Shown here: piece by piece, positions 1 through 7,816 of the stretch
How positions within the stretch are numbered: the stretch's first letter is position 1
Layout of the letters: each line of letters opens with the position of its first letter
DNA from: a virus
Taxonomy: Duplodnaviria; Caudoviricetes
IMG/VR virus record: IMGVR_UViG_3300027672_000013
Coordinates: 1 to 59,849 of that record
Length of the DNA stretch: 59,849 nt
Direction: 5' to 3' (one strand)
Position numbers and translations under genes: made by a program
Notes under the pieces: generated by a model
Seen by the model: only the letters and a program-made list of their open reading frames with translations
What the model was told of the DNA's origin: nothing
The model's database searches: none

Positions 1-471
1 AGCATTAGATGTAGTCCATCCACCTGAAGTAAGGGCGTGTACCCTTCCTGCGGCAAGAGTCTGACTTCCAAACTCTAACACACGACTACCTCTACCATTA
101 GCACCTGCAGATGAGGCAGTAGATGTATCTAACTTTATCTGACGCATATAAAGGACGCTCGCGTTACCCCCTATTATATTTCCGGTTATGTCTAAATCGG
201 TTCCGTCCCACGTCAGATTAGCATCAGCGCCAAACGCACCTGAGTCATTAAATTGTATTTGAGTGTTGCTGCCTGCAGGTGTCCCCCCTCCTCCTGCTGC
301 AATCCAATTCGTTCCGCTGCCTGTACTCGAAAGAACCTGACCATTTGTACCAAGGTCACCGGAGCTATCCTTGAATCCGCCTGTAACCTCTATATCCCCC
401 GTAATCTTAACGCCTGAACTTAGGGTCTCAAACTTTTTTACATTACCAAAACGGATTTCAGTGGCTCCGCT
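1..471. repeat. Terminal direct repeat, left copy (circular overlap)
   Basis: Matches 59379-59849 except at 5 positions (87, 199, 244, 343, 344). Confidence 0.97.
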
Positions 472-693
472 TATGCTATTCATAAAGAAGAAGTAATTAC
501 TTCCTCCATATCCAAAAGCTATGAACCCCGAAGTACTACATTCTAACAGAATTAGGGTAAGGCCAACAGGAGCAGATAAGATAAGTCCCGTATTATTCGC
601 CTTTATAACTCCCTCAGGAGTAGTAGGGTCGCCAAATTGAATCTCGATATCATCACCGAAAGAAATATTCTCAAGAAATTTAATAGCTGACAT
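1..693 (-). CDS. Tail fibre-like protein, 5' part of a 320-aa gene that wraps the junction and ends at 59109
   Basis: Manual translation from ATG 693 (MSAIKFLENISFGDD...GTNGQVLSSTGSGTNW...AGSNTQIQFNDSGAFGADANLTWDG) runs in frame into ORF 59109..59525; the motifs are typical of fibre proteins; missing from the ORF track. Confidence 0.85.
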   Translation of the reverse strand, partial: MSAIKFLENISFGDDIEIQFGDPTTPEGVIKANNTGLILSAPVGLTLILLECSTSGFIAFGYGGSNYFFFMNSISGATEIRFGNVKKFETLSSGVKITGDIEVTGGFKDSSGDLGTNGQVLSSTGSGTNWIAAGGGGTPAGSNTQIQFNDSGAFGADANLTWDGTDLDITGNIIGGNASVLYMRQIKLDTSTASSAGANGRGSRVLEFGSQTLAAGRVHALTSGGWTTSNA

Positions 694-709
694 AGAGAGA
701 AATTAATAA

Positions 710-735
710 AGGGTGGGGGTTTAAACCCCCACCCT
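710..735 (-). terminator. Dispersed palindrome acting as a probable terminator
   Basis: AGGGTGGGGGTTTAAACCCCCACCCT, a perfect palindrome just after the stop at 743, followed by a T-rich tract on the - strand. Confidence 0.7.
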
Positions 736-742
736 ATTATGT

Positions 743-2719
743 TTATTGTAGACTCTGAATTAATACACGCAATCCTGCACTAGAGGCAGCAGCTGCTGTA
801 CTTATAGTGATATTATTTACGTCAGTTCGAATAACTTTACACTGTACCGTTTCAAAGGTGTTGTTGGCGTATATCTGAACAATAACATCCCGCGTGTTTA
901 AACCGTGATTTACTACGTAGCTACTAACACTACCATTTCCTATGTTAGCTTTAAACTGAGTAGCCTCAATCAAGACATCTACTGCCGCATCAAATCCCGT
1001 TACCTGAGAGGTAGCGATAGCGATGGTAGTATCCGTAATTGCAGTTACAGCACCAAAGGCGTTAGTTGTAATGACAGGAACACTTGAAGCAGAACCTTCT
1101 GTTGAAAATGCAGTCTGAGCAGGAATAGCAGGTTGGCCTGCAGTCATACCTGATTTAAAGCCGTTGGCGGCGAGGAACTTGGAAATACCCTCAATACTAT
1201 TGGTAGCCTTGTCGATGTTACTCTGAACCTCTGTCCAATCTGCCTCGCTAGTTGGGTTATCGATATTAGCAATAATTAAATCACCAATCTCTAGCGTAGT
1301 AGTAAAGAACCCCGCACCGTCACCTGCTATAGTTACTACATAGGTAAATCCTTTAAGAACAGCTGCGCCTGTAGGAGGTGCCGCAGATGCGTCATAAGCT
1401 CCTTGGAAGATTAATGCTCCTGAACCTGCAAGTGTTGTATCTACATAGTTCTTAGAAGCTGCTGAAGCTGCTGCACTTGGAACCTGAGGAATAGTTACCT
1501 GACCTGTGAATGTAGCCGTCGTGCCTGTCAAGTTACCCGTAAGAGTAGCCGCTACCGCACTCATGTCTGCTGTAACAGTAAGGTCGTTTCCAATAGTTAC
1601 ATCAGAAGGCAATGCGATTTTGATGGAACCATTGTTTCCGGTAGTCTCAGTAATGGCAATCTCATTGGTGGTTCCTGCAATAGTTACAGTACCCCCTGTT
1701 GCTCCTCCCGATGGAGTCAATACTATCTCAGCACTATTGGATGCACCTGCCGCTACAGGTAAAGTATACGTAACATTCGCAGGCGCAGAACCCGGTGAAA
1801 TGGCAGTAATGTGACCCGCAGCATTTACCGTAACCGAAGTTGGGTAATTATAAGTGTTTGCGGTTACACCGCTGTCTTTGTGAACAATACGAAGAATATC
1901 AGTGTTAAAACCAAAGGTGTCGATATAAACTCCGTCACCATTAATCGCTAACGTGTCACCATTACTAATGGTTTGAGTTATACTGCCTGACCCATTACCC
2001 GACACATTGAAATCTTGAAAGCCTGCAGCAATCGTGGCCCAAGTATTATCACCTCTTAAATAATTATTGGAACCCGGAGTTCCCGCTGCGCTTAACGAAG
2101 CAATTAAAGTGGCAGGACCTGTTTGAGTTGTCGTGTCATTGACACTAATAAAAGTACTGTCTGAAGCCGTTAAGCTTGTTACACCCGTATTGGTTATAAG
2201 TACTAATCCACTAGAAATGGCAAGAGAAAGACCTGCTGCACCTACGCTGAAACTTAATGTATCGCCATCCGTAATATCAAAATCAGTCCCTGTTGCAGGA
2301 CTGACAGCTTCTACAGTAAATCCACTAAGCAAACCATTAACAACAGCTCCAACCTGAGTAAGGGTATATTCTCCTACAGCATTACTTACATTAGCAATAA
2401 GCGTAGAAGAAGCTGCAAGCGTTCCCGAACCTGAGGCCGACTGAATGATGTTAGTAGCTGTGGTGTAGTCGGGTCGGATATCAACATCGACTGTTGTTCC
2501 GGCATTCAACAAACCGCCACTACCCGTAACGCTATCTACGTTACCTGTTCCGTCGAGACTTACCCAAGCAGTACCGTTATAATACTTAAGAGTAGTACTT
2601 GTAGTGTTATAAATAATACGTCCTGCAAACCCTGTGGGGTCAGAGGATACATTCTCAACTGCGACATCTTGAATCTCATTGGATTCTAACGTAATGTCGT
2701 CTAAAAATTTAATAGCCAT
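743..2719 (-). CDS. Tail fibre/spike-like structural protein
   Basis: 658 aa, rich in G/T/S/A; GRIIYNT...YYNGTAW, YLRGDNTW and VTVNAAGHIT fibre motifs; C-terminal VVNHGLNT domain. Confidence 0.75.
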   Translation of the reverse strand: MAIKFLDDITLESNEIQDVAVENVSSDPTGFAGRIIYNTTSTTLKYYNGTAWVSLDGTGNVDSVTGSGGLLNAGTTVDVDIRPDYTTATNIIQSASGSGTLAASSTLIANVSNAVGEYTLTQVGAVVNGLLSGFTVEAVSPATGTDFDITDGDTLSFSVGAAGLSLAISSGLVLITNTGVTSLTASDSTFISVNDTTTQTGPATLIASLSAAGTPGSNNYLRGDNTWATIAAGFQDFNVSGNGSGSITQTISNGDTLAINGDGVYIDTFGFNTDILRIVHKDSGVTANTYNYPTSVTVNAAGHITAISPGSAPANVTYTLPVAAGASNSAEIVLTPSGGATGGTVTIAGTTNEIAITETTGNNGSIKIALPSDVTIGNDLTVTADMSAVAATLTGNLTGTTATFTGQVTIPQVPSAAASAASKNYVDTTLAGSGALIFQGAYDASAAPPTGAAVLKGFTYVVTIAGDGAGFFTTTLEIGDLIIANIDNPTSEADWTEVQSNIDKATNSIEGISKFLAANGFKSGMTAGQPAIPAQTAFSTEGSASSVPVITTNAFGAVTAITDTTIAIATSQVTGFDAAVDVLIEATQFKANIGNGSVSSYVVNHGLNTRDVIVQIYANNTFETVQCKVIRTDVNNITISTAAAASSAGLRVLIQSLQ

Positions 2720-2733
2720 TTTTTACGGGGGGT

Positions 2734-3459
2734 TTAATTAAAGAAAGCCTTCCCCGAAAAGGGAGCGCTAAAAGTCAAAGTTACGGTATTTAGAGAATCG
2801 TAGTCTACAGAACAGTATACCTCAATATTATTAGAGTCTACTACAGATACAGCGGTGTACTTATTGAGGTTGTGAGTTACAACCCAAGTAGAAGCAGGGG
2901 CGGCCTGAGTGTAGACAAAGTTCTTGTCATTGGAAGCCGACACATTATAAGTAAGGATACTGAGAAGATAATCTTTAGTATCAATAAAGCTACCGGGGCC
3001 TGAGACATAGGTCAATGTAATGTCATACATCTCAGGGAAAGTAACATTTTGAGTTACTCCCGTCCACTGAAAAGCGCCCCAATTAGAAATCTTATCCGCC
3101 TGAGAAATAAGAACTACGGAGCCAATAAGAGGATTTGAATAGAAGTTAACTAGAGAATCTGAATAGCGATTAAACTGATACTTGCTAATCATAAAAGTCG
3201 TTACCGTACTGAACAGTACATCAGACCCTACATTCCCTAAAAAAGAAATAGTCCCCTCCTTATAACCCACCGTGGGCTGATAGTCCATATAACGATACTG
3301 AAGAGATTGGCTATTAACTTTATTGTCGTCGTTTATAAAGTCAGCTACAGCGTCAGCTGTAAAATTTTTGGTGGCAAATAGCTGCTGAGAATCACTTCCT
3401 ATCCACTTATCTGTCCCTACAACAACGGTATCGAGAGGGTATGTGCTTATGCGAGCCAT
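2734..3459 (-). CDS. Tail fibre-associated structural protein
   Basis: N-terminus MARISTYP...IGSD...TKNFT is shared with 57223..57765; C-terminal WVVTHNLN domain is shared with 743..2719. Confidence 0.65.
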   Translation of the reverse strand: MARISTYPLDTVVVGTDKWIGSDSQQLFATKNFTADAVADFINDDNKVNSQSLQYRYMDYQPTVGYKEGTISFLGNVGSDVLFSTVTTFMISKYQFNRYSDSLVNFYSNPLIGSVVLISQADKISNWGAFQWTGVTQNVTFPEMYDITLTYVSGPGSFIDTKDYLLSILTYNVSASNDKNFVYTQAAPASTWVVTHNLNKYTAVSVVDSNNIEVYCSVDYDSLNTVTLTFSAPFSGKAFFN

Positions 3460-3463
3460 GTCT

Positions 3464-3471
3464 CAAAGATA
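3464..3471 (-). promoter_or_regulatory. Bacteroidota-type -7 promoter element
   Basis: TATCTTTG on the - strand, 4 nt before ATG 3459. Confidence 0.6.
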
Positions 3472-3491
3472 AATAATATAAGGAAAGAAAA

Positions 3492-3511
3492 ACGAGGGTT
3501 TAAACCCTCGT
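3492..3511 (-). terminator. Palindrome variant / intrinsic terminator
   Basis: ACGAGGGTTTAAACCCTCGT followed by TTTTCTTT on the - strand. Confidence 0.7.
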
Positions 3512-3590
3512 CTTTACAGAATAAATAACCTGCATATTTATAGTAGATGTAGACACCCACTTCATACTCCTATGCTTATTGATATAGCGT

Positions 3591-4322
3591 TTACCATAAT
3601 GCAATCATATTAGTAGCTGTAGTTCCTGTGTCGTAAACACGAAGGACCTGAACAGGAAGGAAAGTTCCGGTAGGTAGGTGGCTAAAAGTTACAATGCTAC
3701 GGTCAGCAGTCATAACCTTTACCTCGCTCCATGTAGCCGCAGTGCCTGAAGCATCGCCTATATAGACAACGCATGCAGCCTGAATGGAGTTTAACTCATT
3801 AATAGTTGAGCTATAAACGATAAATGTCCCTGTTGCTGCAAACAAAGTGTTGTCTGATAATGAAAGTAATGTAGAAGAAACTACAGCAGTGACAGTAGTC
3901 ATAGTTCCTGCAGTAGTATTCACCACAACATCTCCCGCATTAATAACACCTAAGAATCCAAACTGATAAACCTGATAATCTTGACCTCCGGCAGTAAAAA
4001 TATCAACGTTAAGTGTAAGGATTGTAGACGAATCTACAGCCGTTACAACAGCTTGAGCATTTGTAGTAGTGTTGACAACAGTATTTCCAACAACTACAGG
4101 GGTGGGAGTAGTAAAGTTTGCCCCTACGTCCTCAAGTTTATTAGCCGTAACAGCAGTCTGAGTTCCTGACTGAACAGCAGTAGCTACTCCTAGTGAAGTA
4201 AGGCCCGCTCCCGCAACTGCAGTACCCTCAATTCGAGCAACCGCAGGAGCGGGGATATTAGTTGTATCACTTGGGATAATATCCCTAGCCGATGTAGGCT
4301 GAAGTTTTTGATAGGTACTCAT
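3591..4322 (-). CDS. Structural protein with an internal duplication
   Basis: 243 aa, T/V/A-rich; repeated G(N/D)xVVNTT...VTAV(D/V)SSTxLxL; C-terminal PTGTFLPVQVLRV...GTTAT. Confidence 0.6.
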   Translation of the reverse strand: MSTYQKLQPTSARDIIPSDTTNIPAPAVARIEGTAVAGAGLTSLGVATAVQSGTQTAVTANKLEDVGANFTTPTPVVVGNTVVNTTTNAQAVVTAVDSSTILTLNVDIFTAGGQDYQVYQFGFLGVINAGDVVVNTTAGTMTTVTAVVSSTLLSLSDNTLFAATGTFIVYSSTINELNSIQAACVVYIGDASGTAATWSEVKVMTADRSIVTFSHLPTGTFLPVQVLRVYDTGTTATNMIALW

Positions 4323-4331
4323 GATGTTTTC

Positions 4332-4886
4332 TTAGACGTTTGTTAATGCCGACTTAGTCCACTTGGCTGCGCCCGCAGCACCCGCAACTACGCACACATA
4401 AATACCGTTATCAGCGTCAGTTTGGTCTCCATGATATAAAACCATCTGACCTGCGGTTCCTGCGGTAGCCGCACTAGTAGGAGCTGAACCCTGAGTTTGA
4501 AATATAATATTAGACGCTGTTCCCAATAAAAGACTAACAGGAGCGGAACCGCTTCCAACAGTAATAAAATTAGAACCCCCCGATGTGCTTGCGGATAAAA
4601 GGCCGTTTCCTATAGTGCCATTAGCAGTGAAAATAGCAAATTGGTTAGCAAGTCCACTGCCACCAAGAGCTGCATTTATAGTAACGTCACCTGTTGCTGA
4701 GCTAATTGTAACATTATTTCCTGCTACAATAGAATCAACAGCGCCTCCGCCGCCACCACCAATAAGGTTTGATACATCCTGAAGAGTGTAAGCCGCTCGT
4801 CCTGCGTTAGCTTGAGCGGAGCCTCGATTTGCTGTGTCGATATCTGTAGATACCGTATGTATTTTGTCTGTAAGTTGAAGGGCCAT
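4332..4886 (-). CDS. Small fibre-like structural protein
   Basis: Gly run, VDSIVAGNNVTIS..TGDVTINA and APTSAATAGTAGQ...IYVCV...W motifs. Confidence 0.6.
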   Translation of the reverse strand: MALQLTDKIHTVSTDIDTANRGSAQANAGRAAYTLQDVSNLIGGGGGGAVDSIVAGNNVTISSATGDVTINAALGGSGLANQFAIFTANGTIGNGLLSASTSGGSNFITVGSGSAPVSLLLGTASNIIFQTQGSAPTSAATAGTAGQMVLYHGDQTDADNGIYVCVVAGAAGAAKWTKSALTNV

Positions 4887-4897
4887 AATTCTTTTTT

Positions 4898-5056
4898 TTA
4901 AAGAGGAAACTTTCGATTTAATGAATCGCGACGTTCGCCGCAGCCACAGCCTTTACCCGTAGCTTTAGCTACTGTATTTACCACCGCTTTTACTCCGGTA
5001 GCAGTCGTAACGTTTTCAATAACGTCACCTAGGCCGCGTACATTCTTTCGAATCAT
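4898..5056 (-). CDS. Small basic protein (52 aa, CGC motif)
   Basis: Manual translation MIRKNVRGLGDVIENVTTATGVKAVVNTVAKATGKGCGCGERRDSLNRKFPL; below the track cutoff. Confidence 0.8.
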   Translation of the reverse strand: MIRKNVRGLGDVIENVTTATGVKAVVNTVAKATGKGCGCGERRDSLNRKFPL

Positions 5057-5196
5057 TTCACCTTCTTTAGGTTAGGGTTCTTACGTTTAGCTTTTGCTGA
5101 AGCTTTACGAGTTGATGCCGCTAAGATAGCTCCTGCAGCTTTCTTAGAGACACCACTCTTCTTAGCAATTTTTGCTTGTACTTTTTTAAAGCTCAT
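5053..5196 (-). CDS. Small Lys/Ala-rich protein (47 aa)
   Basis: MSFKKVQAKIAKKSGVSKKAAGAILAASTRKASAKAKRKNPNLKKVK; ATGA overlaps with both neighbours. Confidence 0.8.
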   Translation of the reverse strand: MSFKKVQAKIAKKSGVSKKAAGAILAASTRKASAKAKRKNPNLKKVK

Positions 5197-5474
5197 CCCT
5201 TTCGACTAGCCTTACGTACAGCTTTCTTAATAAGCTTTGTTGCAGTACGAGCCTTAGCGGTTGGTTTTGGCTTAGTCACCATTTTCTTCATAACCTTCTT
5301 AACCGCTTTCTTTTTAGGCTTGTCCATAGTGCCGACAGAGGCAAAGGATTTACCCGTGTTCAACTTGTTCATCGCTTTAGACTCATCGCGACGAGACTTA
5401 AGTGATTGCTTCTTTTTACCGTTGCGAGCCGCGAGAGACTCGTCCATTCGTGAGTTGTAACCTTGCTTTTTCAT
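5193..5474 (-). CDS. Small Lys-rich, histone H1-like protein
   Basis: 93 aa, very rich in K/R; TACATTTG lies 4 nt upstream (5479-5486). Confidence 0.8.
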   Translation of the reverse strand: MKKQGYNSRMDESLAARNGKKKQSLKSRRDESKAMNKLNTGKSFASVGTMDKPKKKAVKKVMKKMVTKPKPTAKARTATKLIKKAVRKASRKG

Positions 5475-5494
5475 AATTCAAATGTATTTAAAAA

Positions 5495-5674
5495 TTACTT
5501 ACCGTAAGTCTTCTTTACATAACGACCCTGCTTTCGCTGACCCTTTATCTCAGCCTTAACGCCTTTCATCTCTGAACGGAATTTCTGTCGAACTTCTTTC
5601 TTAGCAGCTCGGTTCAATTTACGAACTTCTTTTCCGGGGAATGTAGGAGCTAATGGGGTTGCTAAATCTCTCAT
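5495..5674 (-). CDS. Small basic protein (59 aa)
   Basis: Manual translation MRDLATPLAPTFPGKEVRKLNRAAKKEVRQKF...KKTYGK fills the gap between neighbours. Confidence 0.75.
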   Translation of the reverse strand: MRDLATPLAPTFPGKEVRKLNRAAKKEVRQKFRSEMKGVKAEIKGQRKQGRYVKKTYGK

Positions 5675-5679
5675 AGTTT

Positions 5680-5970
5680 TTAATATTTACCCTGTCGGGA
5701 TTTTGGTGACGAGGACGTAGAGCCACCGGGCCCCGCCCACAATTTTTTACAAGACCAATAACGAGCACTCATCTTATCTGTAGCACTGCCACATTTATGA
5801 CGAGCCTTAAATGATTTACGCGCAGCAGGAGAATAGTTATGACCGTAGCCCTTAGCTCCAAAATGAATGAGTTTCTCTTTGCCTCCGCTACAAGCTTTCA
5901 CCATCTTCTTCTTACCCGCTCGGTCAGAGCGGGTCGGCGAGTTGCATTTCATTTTAGACTTCGTAGCCAT
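5680..5970 (-). CDS. Small basic Cys-containing phage protein (DUF5754-like)
   Basis: KKKMVK...IHFG..GY...RKSFKARHKC...SARYWS..LW pattern. Confidence 0.7.
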   Translation of the reverse strand: MATKSKMKCNSPTRSDRAGKKKMVKACSGGKEKLIHFGAKGYGHNYSPAARKSFKARHKCGSATDKMSARYWSCKKLWAGPGGSTSSSPKSRQGKY

Positions 5971-6206
5971 TATCGTTTTACTTTTCCTGCAGGTGTATTA
6001 GAAACAAACTGTTTCTTACGACCGAATCGTTTTTTCTTCTGAGCTGTAGAAGCACGTTCTGATTGACTCATGCTCTTGGCTTTTGCTAAAGGTAAACAAC
6101 GGTCAGGGTTTTTCTTGTTCTTACTTGTACCGCACTCTCCCTTGATGGAACCGTCAGTACCAATACGAACCCACTTCTCGTCTCGCCATTTCTTTAGCTC
6201 ACCCAT
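5970..6206 (-). CDS. Small basic phage protein
   Basis: LKKW..EKWV...ECG...RCLP..KA..MS pattern; coupled to its neighbours. Confidence 0.75.
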   Translation of the reverse strand: MGELKKWRDEKWVRIGTDGSIKGECGTSKNKKNPDRCLPLAKAKSMSQSERASTAQKKKRFGRKKQFVSNTPAGKVKR

Positions 6207-6358
6207 CAGTAAGACGACTTCATCTTCTTCTCCATTCCGTAATTAGGATTGTTCTTTACTTTCCCTTTTGTCATCTTGGCATAAGAATCCGCTTGAGCTT
6301 TTCCAATTGCGTTATATGGAAACACACGCTTACCTGCTTTACTAGTTACCGTAGGCAT
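6206..6358 (-). CDS. Small basic protein (50 aa)
   Basis: MPTVTSKAGKRVFPYNAIGKAQADSYAKMTKG...; 1-nt overlap with the next gene. Confidence 0.75.
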   Translation of the reverse strand: MPTVTSKAGKRVFPYNAIGKAQADSYAKMTKGKVKNNPNYGMEKKMKSSY

Positions 6359-6360
6359 AA

Positions 6361-6486
6361 TTACTTTTTTTTAGAATGAGAATAACCTTTCTTCTTTAAC
6401 GACAAGTGTTCTTTAACTGTATTAGCGACCTTCTTGACTCCGGTTTCGCTATACATATTATGAACCTTAAATTTCTTAGCAGCCAT
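6361..6486 (-). CDS. Small basic protein (41 aa)
   Basis: MAAKKFKVHNMYSETGVKKVANTVKEHLSLKKKGYSHSKKK. Confidence 0.75.
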   Translation of the reverse strand: MAAKKFKVHNMYSETGVKKVANTVKEHLSLKKKGYSHSKKK

Positions 6487-6641
6487 TACTTCTTGGATTT
6501 TTTAGCGTAGTTAGGGTCTTTGCAATACTTGCTCGCAGCCATATTCGCATACGCCGAAGGGTAACGGTCAAAGGTTCGCTTCGCCCACGAGATACCTGCA
6601 GGGCAGATTTTGTTTCCTTTGGTGCGTCCTTTAGTAGCCAT
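6486..6641 (-). CDS. Small basic protein (51 aa, YPSAYAN motif)
   Basis: MATKGRTKGNKICPAGISWAKRTFDRYPSAYANMAASKYCKDPNYAKKSKK; TAATG overlaps. Confidence 0.8.
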   Translation of the reverse strand: MATKGRTKGNKICPAGISWAKRTFDRYPSAYANMAASKYCKDPNYAKKSKK

Positions 6642-6910
6642 TACCGTTTTTTTATTTTTCCGTTGCGAGTAACTTGAGTAGCGGTTTTTTTACCCTTTGA
6701 GTCCCTGACTAATACCCTGTTATAGGTTTTAGACTTACCTCGTTTATTAGTAGTTTGCCTGCTATTTTGAGATACCGATGAGCCATCTGCATATGTAGAA
6801 GAGCTTCTTTCAGTAATACTAGATTTGGTCTTACCCCTCTTGTTCTGAGAAGTTTTCCGCGTGGAGTCCACGGATACAGAAACGCTGTACGGGTTAGTTT
6901 TCTTAGCCAT
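6641..6910 (-). CDS. Small K/R/S/T-rich protein
   Basis: 89 aa; repeated NKRGK(T/S)K. Confidence 0.75.
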   Translation of the reverse strand: MAKKTNPYSVSVSVDSTRKTSQNKRGKTKSSITERSSSTYADGSSVSQNSRQTTNKRGKSKTYNRVLVRDSKGKKTATQVTRNGKIKKR

Positions 6911-7137
6911 TACCTAGTTGTTGTTCCTTTAAAACCTTTGAAGCCTACAATTCCTCTACGCTGCGAGGCTCGCTGCTTACGATTTCTCGATGACTCCTTA
7001 CGTTTTTTATCCGCCGCTTCTGTTCTAGCCTTGCGTCTATCTACAGAATCTTTATTGATAGCAGAGAGCCGAGTGGCTAAAGTATCCTTGAAGGTCGTAG
7101 TAGAGTCTACCTTCTTCTCTTCTTTTTCTTTAGCCAT
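6910..7137 (-). CDS. Small basic protein
   Basis: 75 aa; TATATTTG promoter element upstream at 7154-7161. Confidence 0.7.
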   Translation of the reverse strand: MAKEKEEKKVDSTTTFKDTLATRLSAINKDSVDRRKARTEAADKKRKESSRNRKQRASQRRGIVGFKGFKGTTTR

Positions 7138-7144
7138 AGCGAGT

Positions 7145-7161
7145 TACTTTTGTCAAATATA
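7145..7161. promoter_or_regulatory. Overlapping -7 elements serving divergent genes
   Basis: TACTTTTG (+, 7145-7152) and TATATTTG (-, 7154-7161) lie in the 24-nt gap between divergent ATGs 7137 and 7162. Confidence 0.55.
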
Positions 7162-7593
7162 ATGAATGACTACTTAAAATATTGGCGCGTTATACGATAC
7201 TTCGTTAAGTCGAAGTATGGACTCAATACCGCAGACCTAGAGATGCTACTGTTCTTATACTCAGAGTCATACTTTAGTAAAGATAAATTTAAAGAGTTCG
7301 ATAGGTTATTAAGTTGGGATGTTAATCGATTCAATAGACTACGCCGCGATGAGTGGATAGTTATGTTCCGAAAACACTCAGGAAAACGAAAAGCCCTGTA
7401 CGAGTTATCGTACAAGGCTAAGCGCATGATAGACTCAGTATACAAGAAACTGAGCGGAGAAGAAATCCCTGTCGGGTCAGATGCTAATCCTATGTATGCT
7501 CGGAATGTCTCATACTCTGATAAGAGATACCGAACGATGATTGAAGATATGAATAACTCTACTCGACAATTACAACATCGCTCTCGCGAATAA
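7162..7593 (+). CDS. Putative winged-helix DNA-binding protein
   Basis: Start moved to ATG 7162 (MNDYLKYW); YGLNTADLEMLLFLY...LYELSYKAK resembles a MarR-like wHTH; the only + strand gene in this block. Confidence 0.55.
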   Translation: MNDYLKYWRVIRYFVKSKYGLNTADLEMLLFLYSESYFSKDKFKEFDRLLSWDVNRFNRLRRDEWIVMFRKHSGKRKALYELSYKAKRMIDSVYKKLSGEEIPVGSDANPMYARNVSYSDKRYRTMIEDMNNSTRQLQHRSRE

Positions 7594-7816
7594 TGGTATA
7601 CGGGATATCACCCACCATTAAGCTGTGACCCGCATGTTTGTCAAAGTAGATGATGTCAGAATCTTTAATGCCATGTACGTCAGTACCCACAGTATTAACC
7701 TTTGCTTTCTTATAACGGAAGTCCCGTGTATCTTGAGAGGTAAGGATAAGACCTGACTGACTCTTTATCTCTTCAGAGATAGGAGTGATAGCTATGTACT
7801 TGCCAATTGGTTTCAT
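7559..7816 (-). CDS. groES: Co-chaperonin GroES-like
   Basis: MKPIGKYI...SQSGLIL...KVNTVG...IIRESDVV; overlaps the groEL stop. Confidence 0.9.
   Translation of the reverse strand: MKPIGKYIAITPISEEIKSQSGLILTSQDTRDFRYKKAKVNTVGTDVHGIKDSDIIYFDKHAGHSLMVGDIPYTIIRESDVVIVE

Noticed and set aside
140-185. Possible frameshift between the gene at 693 and ORF 59109..59525
   Set aside because: Counting the five-C run shows a continuous frame (IIGGNASVLYMRQIK), so it is one gene.
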